From Torpedo marmorata (lineage: Eukaryota): a DNA stretch of 64,000 bases. Of this stretch, positions 23,671 to 36,189 are shown piece after piece. Below the pieces are notes generated by a model that had not been told where the DNA came from, did no database searches, and saw only the letters and a list, made by a program, of their open reading frames with translations. The position numbers and the translations under genes were made by a program. The DNA is taken from contig OZ360232.1 of NCBI GenBank assembly GCA_977017645.1, positions 26,288,001 to 26,352,000 of the forward strand, written 5' to 3'. Position 1 is the first letter of the stretch; every line of letters begins with the position of its first letter.

Positions 23671-26600
23671 ACTCCGTGATTGAAAATCAAAAAAATGGAA
23701 GTTGGTGATTTCTGTTCAGATCTCACCTGCTAACCTTCAATGATGTGGTGGGTTGGAACATGTACTTGTCGTACTGGTTTGCTTCAAGGCTATCCTCGTT
23801 AAAGTACAGTGAAGGGCACTTGCCTGCTTCCTGGATTGCTGTACTGGAAAAGCACTGTCAGTCACAAGGAATTATTTGAATAAAGAGTCATCTTTGCTGG
23901 AGCTCCCAAGTTCAAATGGATTGCACACAGAGGGCCAAATACTACCTCACCAATATCTACTTTCTCTTTCTTCTCTGGGCACTGTTGCAAATGATCAAGG
24001 ATCTGCTTAATAAAAAAATATTGAAGTTCCATTAAAAGAAGATATCATGGAAGGAATAACACCTCCTGTAATGGCAATCCCAAAACAGCCAATTCAGAGA
24101 AGAAATCAGCCAGAATGTTGAAAGCTCAACCATTTTCAGGTTACATTTGGAATCCACTTCCATTTAGTACATTGAAAACAATTATTCCTCAAAGGCCACA
24201 AATCCTCCTTGAATTCACAGTCAAACATCTCAATAGCTTTTTTAAATGTTTTATTTAGTTACTGAAGCTAATTAAATGCATTGAGTCAATGCAATTGCTT
24301 CAATTTGGTGCTGAAGTAGTCTGCTGCTTGATTTAAAGCTACACTGTCGTTGTAGGAAAAAAAACTTTTTTTGTTAAATGGGATCCAATGCCTATGCCTG
24401 TTATTTCACGACTTACTTTCACTCATTCCAACAAGACCTACGGTAAATAGAATCCAGTGGACAGACATATTGCGTGCATATGCATGGACAATTCTATCAC
24501 TATAGTTTAAATGGGGTATTGTTTCTTCTCCTGTTCCATGTCAAGGTAAAGGCATGTCAGCATATAGTCAATGAGCAGATTATATATTTGAAGGGAATGT
24601 TATATGCAACAAAAATGACCAAAATATAACACCTTATTGGGCTGACGAATTAATACAGTTTCTTCTGAGTAAAGATCCTTCCAGAAGAGAGACATGGGAC
24701 ATCTATCCTTTATCTAATGTAGATTTTGCTGTGCCTCTTTTATACTTCAACAAAATATAATCTAAATCTTAATGGAAATAGTTGGTAATAAATCATTTTG
24801 CAATAGTCAGTTTATTTATTTTCTGAAAAGCACTCTTTTTTCTGATCATTAACTGTCTTTAAAATTACATTAAGGTTCCCCACGGTCTTTGACAAATGTT
24901 ATTACATTACTTCAAATTAATTAGATGCTAATTGACATGAATTTCAGGTTGTTAATAGATGCTATAGTAGGCATTAATGAATAATGTTCTGAACAAGTTA
25001 ACGTGTATCAATTAATTAATTTTAAAAAAACACCCATGTGGCCACTTCTTTGATCTTGACCTGCATTATCCACACTGGTTTATCAACGCTTTCTAATGAG
25101 CATGATGTAGAACTATCAAACTTCAACAAAATATGGATTCAGAACTGGGAAGCAAGTGCACCTCAAGCTGAGCTATCTGTCGTCATCATCAAAGCCTTTG
25201 TTTGCTTCAGGTTAAGTTAAAACTTTGTGACATTTTAAATCAGTCGATGCTTCCAAAACATAGAGCTTAGAGAAACCAAGGCTTAGAAAGTGAATTGATG
25301 CATGTTGTTCACTTCAGAGAAGCATGGACACAGTGAACTGAATGATTTCTGATTGACTGTAACTCTCGATGAATCGATGAGTTACTTATACATCACAGAT
25401 TCTCATATTCATGTCACTCCACCCAGATGTCATTCATCTATAACAACAGACTAAGAAGCATGGAACTGCAGCTAGTGATCATGGAGTTCTCTATATACCC
25501 AATGATCAACATTCTGGATTTCTTTTCCATCTACTGCTCTCTAGCCACCTGTATAATAATATATTTCACTTGATTTATGAACTTTAACTGTGGAATACAA
25601 CATGACATACATTGCATTAACTGTATTAATAACATATTGAATCAAAATGGCTGATGAGGGCACTTTAGGGCAAAGAATGCTTTTGTTTTAAATTATAAAA
25701 TAGATGTCCTCTGGTTGGACATGAAACTCCAAAGCAAAATATTTCAAGTAGGATTTGCTCCACTAATTGGTTCGAGCCAACATGAACTGTGCATCATATT
25801 TGTCATGCTCTTTGTGCACAGGTGGCATAATATCATTTTAAATATGCAAAGGGTTTTCTTGATACAAGCGATGTTGTCATATTGCATCTGCACAAAACAT
25901 TGGAAAAAAAAACGTAGTCACTTGATCAGAATAACAATGAACTTGTAATTTATAATATTCTTTAAACCATGAAATGAAAGGAAATTGACAAGAGTCTCCA
26001 GAAAATTAAACAAACTAAATGAGATTGTAAACCTGGTTCACAGTCTTCTGTCTGAACTGTATTTTCATTATGCAGTTTATCTCTGGAGCTCACACCACAG
26101 TTAGGACAGAATTAGTAGCACAGGCAGGTTTCTAGGCTTTAAACTTTCAAACGTAAATGGTTATTATGGCTTCTGGCAAGAGCTGCCAGATGGTGTAACT
26201 ATGATTTTAAACAAGGAGTATTTAACAATGTGTGGCTTTTTCAACTGTAAAGCACAGATGTAGCATATTTCTCAGTGCCTTTGCTTAACTGTTGTGTCAG
26301 ATTCAAAGAATCAGTCAATTCAAAGCTTGAGTCCAAGCCAGTCCTTGTTGCTTACTAACAAAGAGCAGACATCTGCATGCAATCGCTTAATTTGAACACA
26401 TTAAAAAAAGAAGATAAACATAAAAGATCAGTTCCCTGTGGTGTGGACTGAATCCAAGATTCAGCTGTTACAATTATTAGGAATATATAAAACCTCATTA
26501 TATCAACAAAGTAACTGAAATGACTATTCTTTTGGAGTATGAGAATGAAAACACTTCACTTGTAATTTCTTATCACTCTCGCAGTCTGCTCTTTTATTTA

Positions 26601-27034
26601 CTAATTTCTTCCTTTCTTTTTCTGGCTTCCTCACAGTGGCCAAAGGGCAGAGAACCAGCTGTCTTCCAGACCGTTGTTTACCTGGCTGCTGAGACGAATG
26701 ACAATGCCGCAGGAATGAATGTCATTTTAATCCTTTATTGCCTCCGCAGCTTGGAACATCAGCAATTTGGAAAGGGAGTATGAAGGACGGATCAGGGGAA
26801 TTAGGTTCACTCCCACCTTGCTTGGAACATCAGTTTGCTATCCACCTAATAATGAAAAGGCTTTTCATTCCAACTTATTATTTTTTACTCCTGTTCCATT
26901 ATATAAGCATTGATCCTTGGCAGAGTGAATAGGCTCTGATAGTGCTGCACTTCACCTGCCTTGAACATATCATATTTGAAAGAGTGGACAGGATTTTCTG
27001 TGAGGATGCCAGAAGCCACCTTCGACAATTTAAT

Positions 27035-27480
27035 GAGTAATGAGAGTTTATTGTCATGCACATAAGTGCAATGTGCAGATGCATTGAAATTCTCACTTGC
27101 TACAGCCAAGATACACCAACTACAAGAGTATACATTAAATTACCAAATTACCATAAATTACCATTAGTATGCCAAGAGAGAAAAATAAATAATGTGTGTA
27201 AAAGGTGAGATAGATTAATATTCACAGTTGCAGTTAGTTAAAAATAAAAATGACCTTTAAATAGTGCAGACGGGTCTTTTGGTGGTCCCAGAGTAGTTTA
27301 TGGTTAGGGCAATAAGGGGAGGTTCAATGGCCTGGGAGCCATTGGATAAAATCTCTTCTTGAACATAGAAGTGCTGGATTTCAGGCTTCTGTACCTTCTG
27401 CCTGAAGGTAGCAGTGAGAAGAAGTTATGACCAAGGTGATGGGGGTCATTGATGATGTTGGCTGACTTCTTGAGGCAGTG
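27035..27480 (-). mobile_element. Rex1/Babar LINE 3' fragment (divergent subfamily)
   Basis: Minus strand encodes HNFFSLLPSGRRYRSLKSSTSMFKKRFYP, then a 3'UTR ending gacaataaactctcattactc. Confidence 0.8.
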
Positions 27481-27713
27481 TTTCAGTTAAGCACTGAATA
27501 TCAATTAAGATAAAATTTCCACGACTCAATTATTTTTTACATTAAAAACAGGCTTCAGTAATGTATATGGCAAAAATATTTTTCCACTTGTTTATTCAAA
27601 TTGCCCCATAATCATATCACCTTATCACTGAAACCTCCCTCATCTTATGCCCTCTGGTCATTTGTCTCCACTTTGGTGAATGATCTTCTTTCCATTATCA
27701 CAGCAAACATTAG

Positions 27714-28570
27714 ATTCAATTTATTGTCATAGTAATAAAACAGTGTTATATTCCAGAAAATTTATTTTTCCCTGCTGCAAGGCAGACAGATTCGCCACCG
27801 GCAGGAATTGCCTAAGCGCCTCTTACATTCCTTACAGTCAGAGAAAGAGAAGCAAAAGAGAGTCCCCCCAGAATCACCAAGTGTCCGTAGATTCGCCTCC
27901 AGCGCTTCCGCAGCTACACAGAGTCCAGTCCAAACCATCGGCAACCCAAGCTCCAGATCCGAACCTCCAACACGGTCAGGGCGCCCTCGTCACCCCCTTG
28001 CATCCCGGTTCCAATACCTGGTACTCCTCCAGCCAGTTCGAGCCAGCCTCCAGCAGTCTGCAGCCCGGCGTGAGTCCCCCGACAGCAATCTCCGACAGCA
28101 ATCTCCAGCAGCCCACAGCCTCCGCGGGTTCCTCGCCTCGAGTCGCCAGCAGCCCGCCGCATGCACTGGTCCTTCAGCCTCAGAGCCCCTCACTGGTCCA
28201 CCGCCGTGGTCACCGTCCCGTGGGTCGTCTCCTCCGCTTCTCCTTCTCAGACAGGGAGGGTGATCTTCCCATCCTTTGGTGCCCTGCTCCAGTCCTCCGC
28301 TTCGCCGGAGTCTGCAGCCCCTCGTGGCTGCTGCCGGTTAAAAGGCGCTGCCATCTTGGGCGCAGACCCCGTGGTCACGGGATCTTAAATAAAACCACCG
28401 TCGGCTCCCTCAACGGGCTGTTCAAAGCGGAACTGACAGCAGTCGACTGGGCAGCTGGACCCCGCGGGAGCGCTGTATCTCCGCTCTCACGCTCCCCGCG
28501 GGTCTGCACCAGCGGCAGCCGTTACAGCGGCTCCGGCAGCGCCGCCATGTGAGTTGAATCTTGAATCTTG
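27714..28570 (-). mobile_element. Non-autonomous GC/CpG-rich retroelement with Rex1-type 3' tail (younger copy)
   Basis: 9-bp TSD aaacattag (27705-27713 and 28571-28579); 5' end acatggcggcg; 3' end tctgccttgcagcagg...atgacaataaattgaat; no tRNA or 5S head; no recognisable ORF. Confidence 0.78.
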
Positions 28571-29559
28571 AAACATTAGCAACACTGCAATTCATTATGC
28601 ACTGCAACCCTCTTCAATGAATCCCTACACCTCACAATGTCTCTCTCCTCCTGTCATTGATGTGATATATATATTTTTCAAAACCTACCTCTTCAATCTT
28701 TAGCCAAATTACCCAACCCTCCTTACACGTTCCTTTCTCCTTCAGAAGTATTAAAAGAAATCTGAGACTTCTATTGTATCTTTCACAGACTACCCTAAAG
28801 CAGTGTGCACCCAATGATGAGCATGTTAAATTACTTCATTGCAGGAAATGTGGCAACTAATTTTCACACAACTCCCCTAAATTGCACTGATATAGTCATC
28901 AGTTCATATGCTTTAATAAGCAGTGTTTGTTTCTGCTATTGGATAGGGCACTCCCCGAATAACAGTTTATGTTTTTTGTAAATAGCTTAATATCCCCAGT
29001 AGCATGGCAACATCTTACAATTTATACATATCACTGTATTCTAGCTACGTGAGTTTATACAGTATCATATTTTGCAAACTGCACAGGATTTACTCAGAAA
29101 TGTAAACCATGAAGCTGATTCATTGGACCACATGACAATTCATGTTGCATATTCTTATACTAGTTATCAGAAAAGGTTCAAGACATGAATTAAACAATAT
29201 ATCAGACCAAAAAAATCTTCCTTTGGCCTTACAATTCTTCAAAACATATCTGCCACATAAATATGATCACTTTTGTTCAATTCATTTATTTAAAATTAGG
29301 TGAAAGAAAGTAAATTCTCTTCAACAAACACCAAATATTGAAGATTTAAGAAAGTAAAATCAAAAGATTTGGCAACATTGTCAGAGTCTCAGATATTAAT
29401 CTGTTCAAAAGCAAATGCAAAGATACATACTTCACTGTAACCTAAATTTAATTTCCTCTCAATAGTTAGTACTGTGTAAAATGTCTTCCCTGTCATTAAT
29501 TACTTCTCTACTTAACTCCCATCGTAACTGTCTATTATCTGCTTGGTCCTCACTGTGAC

Positions 29560-29880
29560 ACAATAGCTCAGCTCATTGAGCTACTGTATGGCTTCACAGC
29601 TCCATCTACCAGGGTTCAAGCCTAGGATTAGATGGTATCTGTGCGGAGTTTACACATTCTCTGTGTGACTGTGAGGGTTTCCTATGGGTGCTCGGACTTA
29701 CTTACTCCCACATCTCAAAGATGTGCAAGTTGATAGGTTCATTGGCCACTGTTAGTTGCCCCTAGTCTGTAACTGAGTGGTAGAATGTCGGGGACTTGAT
29801 GTGGGAAGAAAATAGAATGGGATTCATGTAGGATAAGTGGAGGGAAGTGGTTGGTGGTTGACAAGGATTGAATGACTCTA
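29560..29880 (+). mobile_element. Older V-SINE
   Basis: agggttcaagcc B-box-like, then tgtgcggagtttacacattctctgtgtgactgtgagggtttcctatgggtgctc V-domain. Confidence 0.7.
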
Positions 29881-29980
29881 CAGTAACATCTAACTCATTG
29901 TAATCTGTCTTCTCTACTAATTGCTGGTACCAGTTATTCTTTTACAAACAATGATTTTCTGTTTCCTTCAGTTAATAGAT

Positions 29981-30073
29981 TTAGAACCATGGAACCATAG
30001 AATATTACAGCACAGAAAAACAGGCCCTTCGGCCCATCAAGACTGTGCCGAACTATTATTCTGCCTCGTCACA
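29981..30073 (-). mobile_element. CR1 LINE 3' tail fragment
   Basis: tagaaccatggaaccatagaa tail repeats plus acaggcccttcggccca, the CR1 terminal stem motif. Confidence 0.7.
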
Positions 30074-30986
30074 CATTCTATTAACACTTTTGTGCAAGGT
30101 CAACAAACCGAGGAATATGGCTTAATACCCTAAAGGAGTAAGAAATAAGATGACCCAAAGTGACATAAGAGGAATATTGAATTTGCACTTCCTGCATGAA
30201 ACTTAACAAATATGGAAAAGATCTGGGGAAAGTATGATGCTGAAACATTATCAGTAAGGTCTCCAGATTAAGACCAATCAGAAATATGTACCCTCAGCTA
30301 CATTACATCGAAATGACGAGACACATTTGATGTCAATTCAAGCTTCAACCCATTGGGAGGATAAAATAAAAATAGTAATTTCTGGTCCATCAGTGTCTGG
30401 GTGGAAAGGTTTTATTTTTTTCTGTTATAGCTTTTCATTTATCTGTCCTATCCTTAACCCAGTCTTTCCTTTTTTGGATGATTCACAGACCTACATTTAC
30501 CAGATTTTTGAATCAAATTTCAATCATTTAAATTTAAAAGTGGAAGCATTCTTGTAAGTCTCAGTTGCATTGTCTCCAGAATCTTAATATCCTTCCTAAC
30601 ATGTGGCGGCCAATATTGGACACCATTCCAATGATTGCAGCCTAAAAAGCGTTTAATAATCTAATCAGTGTTTCATGATGCTCAGCTGGATGTGCTGTAC
30701 AGCATTGAGCTGATCCTACCTCTTGACTCCTTGTATTCAAATTTTTCCTCATAAACCAAATTGATCTGAAAATGTTTAATTGTGAGGAAAGGTCCAAGTT
30801 AAAAAGGAAACATTTGATATATTCTAAATAATAGCCCAAAGTTATTGTCATTCTGTGAGCCTCTGCAGATTCACAGCTGGGTGTTAAAACTACTTTAGCC
30901 TCTAGTTTTCAGCTCATTAAAATTATTTGGTTCATAAATCTGAATATTTTAAGATTCAAGATGGATTTTTTACTGGCAACACACAG

Positions 30987-31005
30987 TGCAGCGCCATCTG
31001 GTGAG
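30987..31005 (-). promoter_or_regulatory. Candidate CTCF binding site
   Basis: Minus strand TCACCAGATGGCGCTGC closely matches the CTCF core CCACCAG(A/G)(G/T)GGCGC; lies in non-repeat DNA. Motif match only. Confidence 0.35.
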
Positions 31006-32439
31006 TGCATAAGTGAGACACTGGGGGAGTGAGAGATTATACTATTCATGACAGAATTTTGGATTAAAAGATTTGGAATGGCATGTGGAAAAACTCACAT
31101 TCATAGGAATTATATAGAGGGTTAAGCACTTCAGAAATAAAGTGCAGCCTTCTAAGAGTTATGGACAAAATATTGTTGATAACGTTTGTATTTTTAGTGA
31201 TAAATATGAAAATGGGTGTGTTCTGAGAGAAAAGATGAAGGCCATTTCAGTTCACCTTAGAGAGGTTGGGTAATTTCACACTGGTATTTTTTAAAAACAA
31301 AATCAAGCAGGAATTTGAGTCTTCTGTTTAGGTTACTCTTCCATGTTAAGTAATGTGAGATACCAACATTTTGGTAAAAAACATCTTTCTTCTTATTATC
31401 CACCAAGTTCTGTCAAGTGGTTTGGATACCCTGCAGTCTCCGTGTACATGACACCAGGAGATTCACAAGCAGGCGTAGGATTGCAGTGTCTGATTCTTCT
31501 GGCTGCCCCGAAATAAAGGAGGTCATCTTCAATTTACTACTGGAGCTAAAAATTGTGATTGAAAGTTGAGAGCTTGTTATAGAAACTGGCTGAAATTGAA
31601 AGGAAATTTGAGTTCTCTCTGTAATGGGTGCCTGACCCAAACTTTCTGGAGCAGTCAAGTGAAAATTTCCCCAAGATATCATGCTTTCCACCCATTTTCA
31701 GAATGTGGTTGCAAACAATAATTATCATGGTAAAATAACTTTGAGTATCAATTTGTTACTAACTCAACAGGCTATTTGATACTTCTTTGATATTTGTGAT
31801 TGACAAAAATCCAGAGGAGTACAGTAATGGAACAGAGAATTTCTATAATTTGCTGAGAAAATAACTTTTCCATAACATTGAAACTAACCCATCCAAGTCC
31901 TGTAAATGCCACATGATAGCAATGTTCACAACATCTTTTTGAACTTTGTTCATGACTGAGAGATTGATTGGGCAATCATTAACCGCTTTTGATGTGTTCT
32001 GCTTTTTTATAAACAGGGCATACCTGGACAATTTTTCACAGGGTCGAGTAAATGTTAGTGTTGCAACCACACGAGAAAAACTTGCCAGAGGTGCTGGAGC
32101 ACCGGTCTTCAATACTACAACTTGTTATTGTCTGGTGACCATTTTGATTCAAACAAAATGCATCTTAGAATGGCTTCATGGGAATAATAAATTCAGTGTT
32201 TGGGTAGCAAACAAGTAAAACTCTTCCATTTATCAGATTATGCAAACATCAAGTTATTCTAAAAGTGCCAAATTATTCCCAGAGGTGGTTGAACCTCCTG
32301 AATTTTACTGAATCTCTGGAACTCATTTAAAGTTGCTGAAAAATTTATGAATTTTAAATTACTATTTTGTTTTCATTGCAAGTGCCAGAAAGTATTCAAT
32401 GCCTTGAATTTTCTGTGGTTAGCAGTTCATAGCCCAGAG

Positions 32440-32769
32440 CAGTGGTTTTCAAACTGCCCTGCTAAACTCACATTCCACCTTAAGCAATCCCTATGCCATA
32501 AGTGCTCTGTGATTAGTAAGGGATTGCTTAAGGTGGTATGTGAGTGGGAAGGGAAGGTTGAGAACCACTGCTCTAGACCCAATTGTTACTGAAATATTTT
32601 GCTTGAGAAAAATTATCATTGGCCCATTTCCTTTGGAGTTATGAAACCGTGCACATAACGAGTCAATTAGGTACGATTAAAACAGTGGTTTGCAACCTTT
32701 TTCTTTCCACTCATACCACTTTAAGCAATCCCTTACTAATCACAGAGCACTTATGGCATAGGGATTGCT
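32440..32769. mobile_element. Compound hAT (Charlie-type) MITE: one full unit, 112-bp spacer, one inverted truncated unit
   Basis: Unit 1 CAGTGGTTTTCAAAC...GGTTGAGAACCACTG (32440-32570); unit 2 from 32683 (CAGTGGTTTGCAACC) is its reverse complement; spacer begins ctctagac. Confidence 0.8.
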
Positions 32770-32994
32770 AGAGCATTTGTTTTAGATAGGATAACAACCA
32801 TGTAAAAAAAGTGTGTTGATTCAAACATGTTAACCAGTGCACTTCTGCAAGGAATTAAAGTACTTAGTCTTTTAAATCATTGCCAGGGGAATAAGATAGT
32901 CACAATAGCAATTATTTTCAATAGGCCAACCAGCAAAGATAGTTAACACTCTTCACTTCCATTTTGAGGGTGAAAGACTTCAGCTCATTCTATT

Positions 32995-33120
32995 TAAATA
33001 TATTTTAATTTTAATTTAGACATATAGCATGGTAACAGGCCCTTCCAGCACACAAGCCCATACCACCCAAATACACCCCTGTGACCAATTAACCCACTAA
33101 CCCTGTACATCTTTGGAACA
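32995..33120 (-). mobile_element. V-SINE 3' fragment
   Basis: atttagacatatagcatggtaacaggcccttcc...ccaattaacc is the reverse complement of the SINE tails at 15915 and 59117. Confidence 0.7.
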
Positions 33121-33299
33121 CATATGAACAAATCTACAGGCTAACTGTCTCTAACTAATGCAATGGAGTTATTTAATCTCAGATGAAACCTTCAAAGCAG
33201 TGATGCTCCCTCAGAATTACTCCTCCTTGTTTAGTAATCCCTTAACATAGAGGATGACTTGCTTCCATTCCAGTTTTGTGGTGGCTAATGAAATCAACA

Positions 33300-34110
33300 T
33301 ACAAAACCTGAGTTGCAGTATGCAGACAGTGATTGCTCAGAGGCTGATCTCCAAGACTTCATTGACTTGTTAACCAAAGGATACAAGAGGATGGGTCTGA
33401 TATGCAACATCTAGAAGACAAAAGTCCTCTACTAACCTATGTCTGCACCACTACACTGATCTCTGGCAATGAAGGTTCATGATGAAACCCTGGAAATGTT
33501 GAAAATTTCCTGTATTATGGGAACCACCTCTCGCCAAAGATAGACATCGATGACAAAACTCTCAATTGTCTTCAATGCACCAGCACAGCTTTTGTTCAAA
33601 AGGGAGTCTAAAAAATACAGACTTGGCACAAATTCATGATCTCCGACCAGCTTTATACTTCTGAAATCTGAACGACTTACAGCAGGCATCTCAAGACACT
33701 GAAACACACCATTTAAATCCGTTAAATTCACTGTAAGAATGTTAACCAACACTGTTGTCCTTTCCCAGGCCAACATAGAGGCCCCAGCTACCCTCTGATA
33801 ACTATGTTGAGTAGGCCATACAGTTTGCATACTTAGCAACAGACTCCCAACACAGTCATTCTATTCTGTCACAGAAGGAGACTGCAGGAAGACAGAAAAA
33901 ATGATTCAAGTATGTTCTCAAAGCCTCAGTGAAGAGGTAACATTCCTACTGATTCCTGGGAACATGTGGCCCACTTCTATTGAAACAGGAGAAAGAGCAT
34001 ATGCGACAAGGTATTGAGAACTTTGAAGCCATATATCTGAGTACTGAAGCCCTGTTTGAGGAGCAGAAGAAGCATACTGATTCAAAAATTAGCCGCCTCA
34101 GAATTATGCT
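33300..34110 (+). mobile_element. Old RTE-like LINE fragment
   Basis: LQYAD, aagacaaaagtcctc (KTKVL), then ENF.Y.G and DIDD..CLQCTSTAF remnants typical of the RTE RT C-terminal region; heavily decayed. Confidence 0.6.
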
Positions 34111-34166
34111 GTCATGCTGACGTTTACATAATGCTCGGGAAGCTGAAATGGGACTCAACATACAAC

Positions 34167-34307
34167 CTTGATGAAGGGCTCAGGCCCGAAACGTTGGTTA
34201 TGTATCTTTCTTTTTGCTATATAAAGTACGCTGTTTGACCTGCTGAGTTTCTCCAGCGTTGTGTTTTTACTTCAATCATGGCATCTGCAGACTTTCGTGT
34301 TTTACTC
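34167..34307 (+). mobile_element. Short Penelope-like end insertion with hammerhead-like motif
   Basis: 14-bp TSD actcaacatacaac (34153-34166 and 34308-34321); contains TTGATGA-A-GGGC-TCAG-GCCC-GAAA-CGTT. Confidence 0.8.
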
Positions 34308-36189
34308 ACTCAACATACAACATTCTGATGCAGAAACAAAACAGAATTTTATTTCAATTCTGAAGCCTGAAATACTAACATGTCTCATTTTGTCACATTT
34401 TTACTAACATGCTGTTAGTGCTTCACTGCCTTCAATTTTTTTCTTACAAATTCCCAGTCTCCACATTTAATTGAATATGAGGTTCAAAACATAATGTAAC
34501 TTAATTTCAGCTGCAAAGTCTGTAGAGTGGTAGACATCGTGTATAAATTTGTAGAAGGGCCTGTGTTCTGTTGATTTCCATTGAAAGACCAAAATTCAAT
34601 CAAGAGAAGGAATTACTAACTGGCAGTTGTTTCAACAAGATCCCCTCTTCACTTAACCTTCTGGACCTCTTTGATACTATGAGATCTTCCCCTCCTGTCT
34701 TCCTTTCATGCTGTGATATCGCCAAGATTTTCCCTGTTCCTGAAGATCCCTTTGGACTCTATTTTGCAGTCTTCATGATTCCCAACCCAGAATAACATAT
34801 TGAACCTAAATGATGTTCGGAAATTCCACCGCTCAACATTTCATCTCCAAAAAGGAAATCCTGCTACTATTCTAAAGGAATTAGAAACGGCATTATCACC
34901 TCATCATTTTCCCACAATACTGTTCTTAATTCTGGATTACTGGAATCCATTGGAGTTAGAACTGAGAACAGCAGTCATCAAGCATGTTTTCCAGGCACAT
35001 ATAAATTGGTAACATGTAACTGCACAGCCATTGGTTTATTCAAAAATACATTATTATTATTTATCTGGGAAGTCGAATTCCAGGGAGTGGTCAGAACATT
35101 ATGCTTATCAATACAATGAATGGTGACATTGATAACCAAAAAGTGTCTTGACATTTTCCAACATTCGTCAGGATTAGTGTTGCTAAACAAAGTCCAGAAT
35201 AAGTCAGACGAAGAATAAAAATCCACCAGTGATATCTAACTGACGCCAATCTCACTAACATGTCCCTGATATGATGTATACCATTCTACAGACTCAGTGG
35301 TTGAAATTAAGTTATATTTTGAACCTCATATTCAAAACAAAAGGATATTTGCTTCAAAATGTGTCATTGTATGTCAAGACAAAATGCATTTTAATGGATT
35401 AAGGTGCAGTCTATTGTGCATGGTTTACCATCCAACAGGATTAATAGTAATGCTCGAAAAAATGTTTTTTTCAGTTCATGCTATTGGAATAAACATCACT
35501 TTTCATCCCAAGCGTAATTTTCAGGCTTATCTAATGCTTCATTCCAAGAACGTAAAAAATAATCCTTCAAATGGTTAACAGTATTGCCTGTTTGATGGTG
35601 TGTAAATAGGAGGCTACTGACAGACCAAAATTAGGCAAGTGGCCTTTCAAATCAAAATTGTAAATCTTTCTGCAAGAGAGTTGAACAGAATTGACCCAAT
35701 TAGTGTGTTTTGGCATCAAGAAAAATGGCAGGACACTTTGAATTTCATCCATTGCATGTTAAAAATGACATTGATCTGCATAATACAAACACACGTTTGA
35801 ATTACCTGCAGTTATTACGGTTCTGAAGTAGGACCAGTCATTGTGAACAAGTAGAATGCACTTTATAATGCTGCGTAATTAATCCTCTGAGCATTAAGCA
35901 ACATCTGTGCATTGTGCTAACATGACAAGGGTGAATTTTCAATAATTAAACAAAATTTATAAATAAACAGAATAGACCAAGGAAACAGAAAGCAGAACAT
36001 TAAAAGAATGCAGAAATTATTGATGAAGAACTAAGAAATTTTGAGAAAATTTAGCTGAATAAAATACTGAAGCTCAATTTTGTACATTGTGTCAACACCC
36101 CAACTCTAAATTCAGATCAGCTGAAGGTTTCCAACAACATCATTTCAATCGAAGGACACAGGCCAATATAGAGAACTGAGAACAGGGAA

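Noticed and set aside
27680-28552. 290-aa ORF, the longest non-LINE ORF in the track
   Set aside because: It is antisense to a GC-rich repeat, starts outside the TSD, is low-complexity P/S/R-rich with no domain, and overlapping frames are also open, as expected from GC content.
31413-32218. Cluster of 60-92 aa ORFs in unique DNA
   Set aside because: No recognisable motif or splice structure; lengths are within chance expectation. A small exon cannot be excluded without RNA-seq or tBLASTn.
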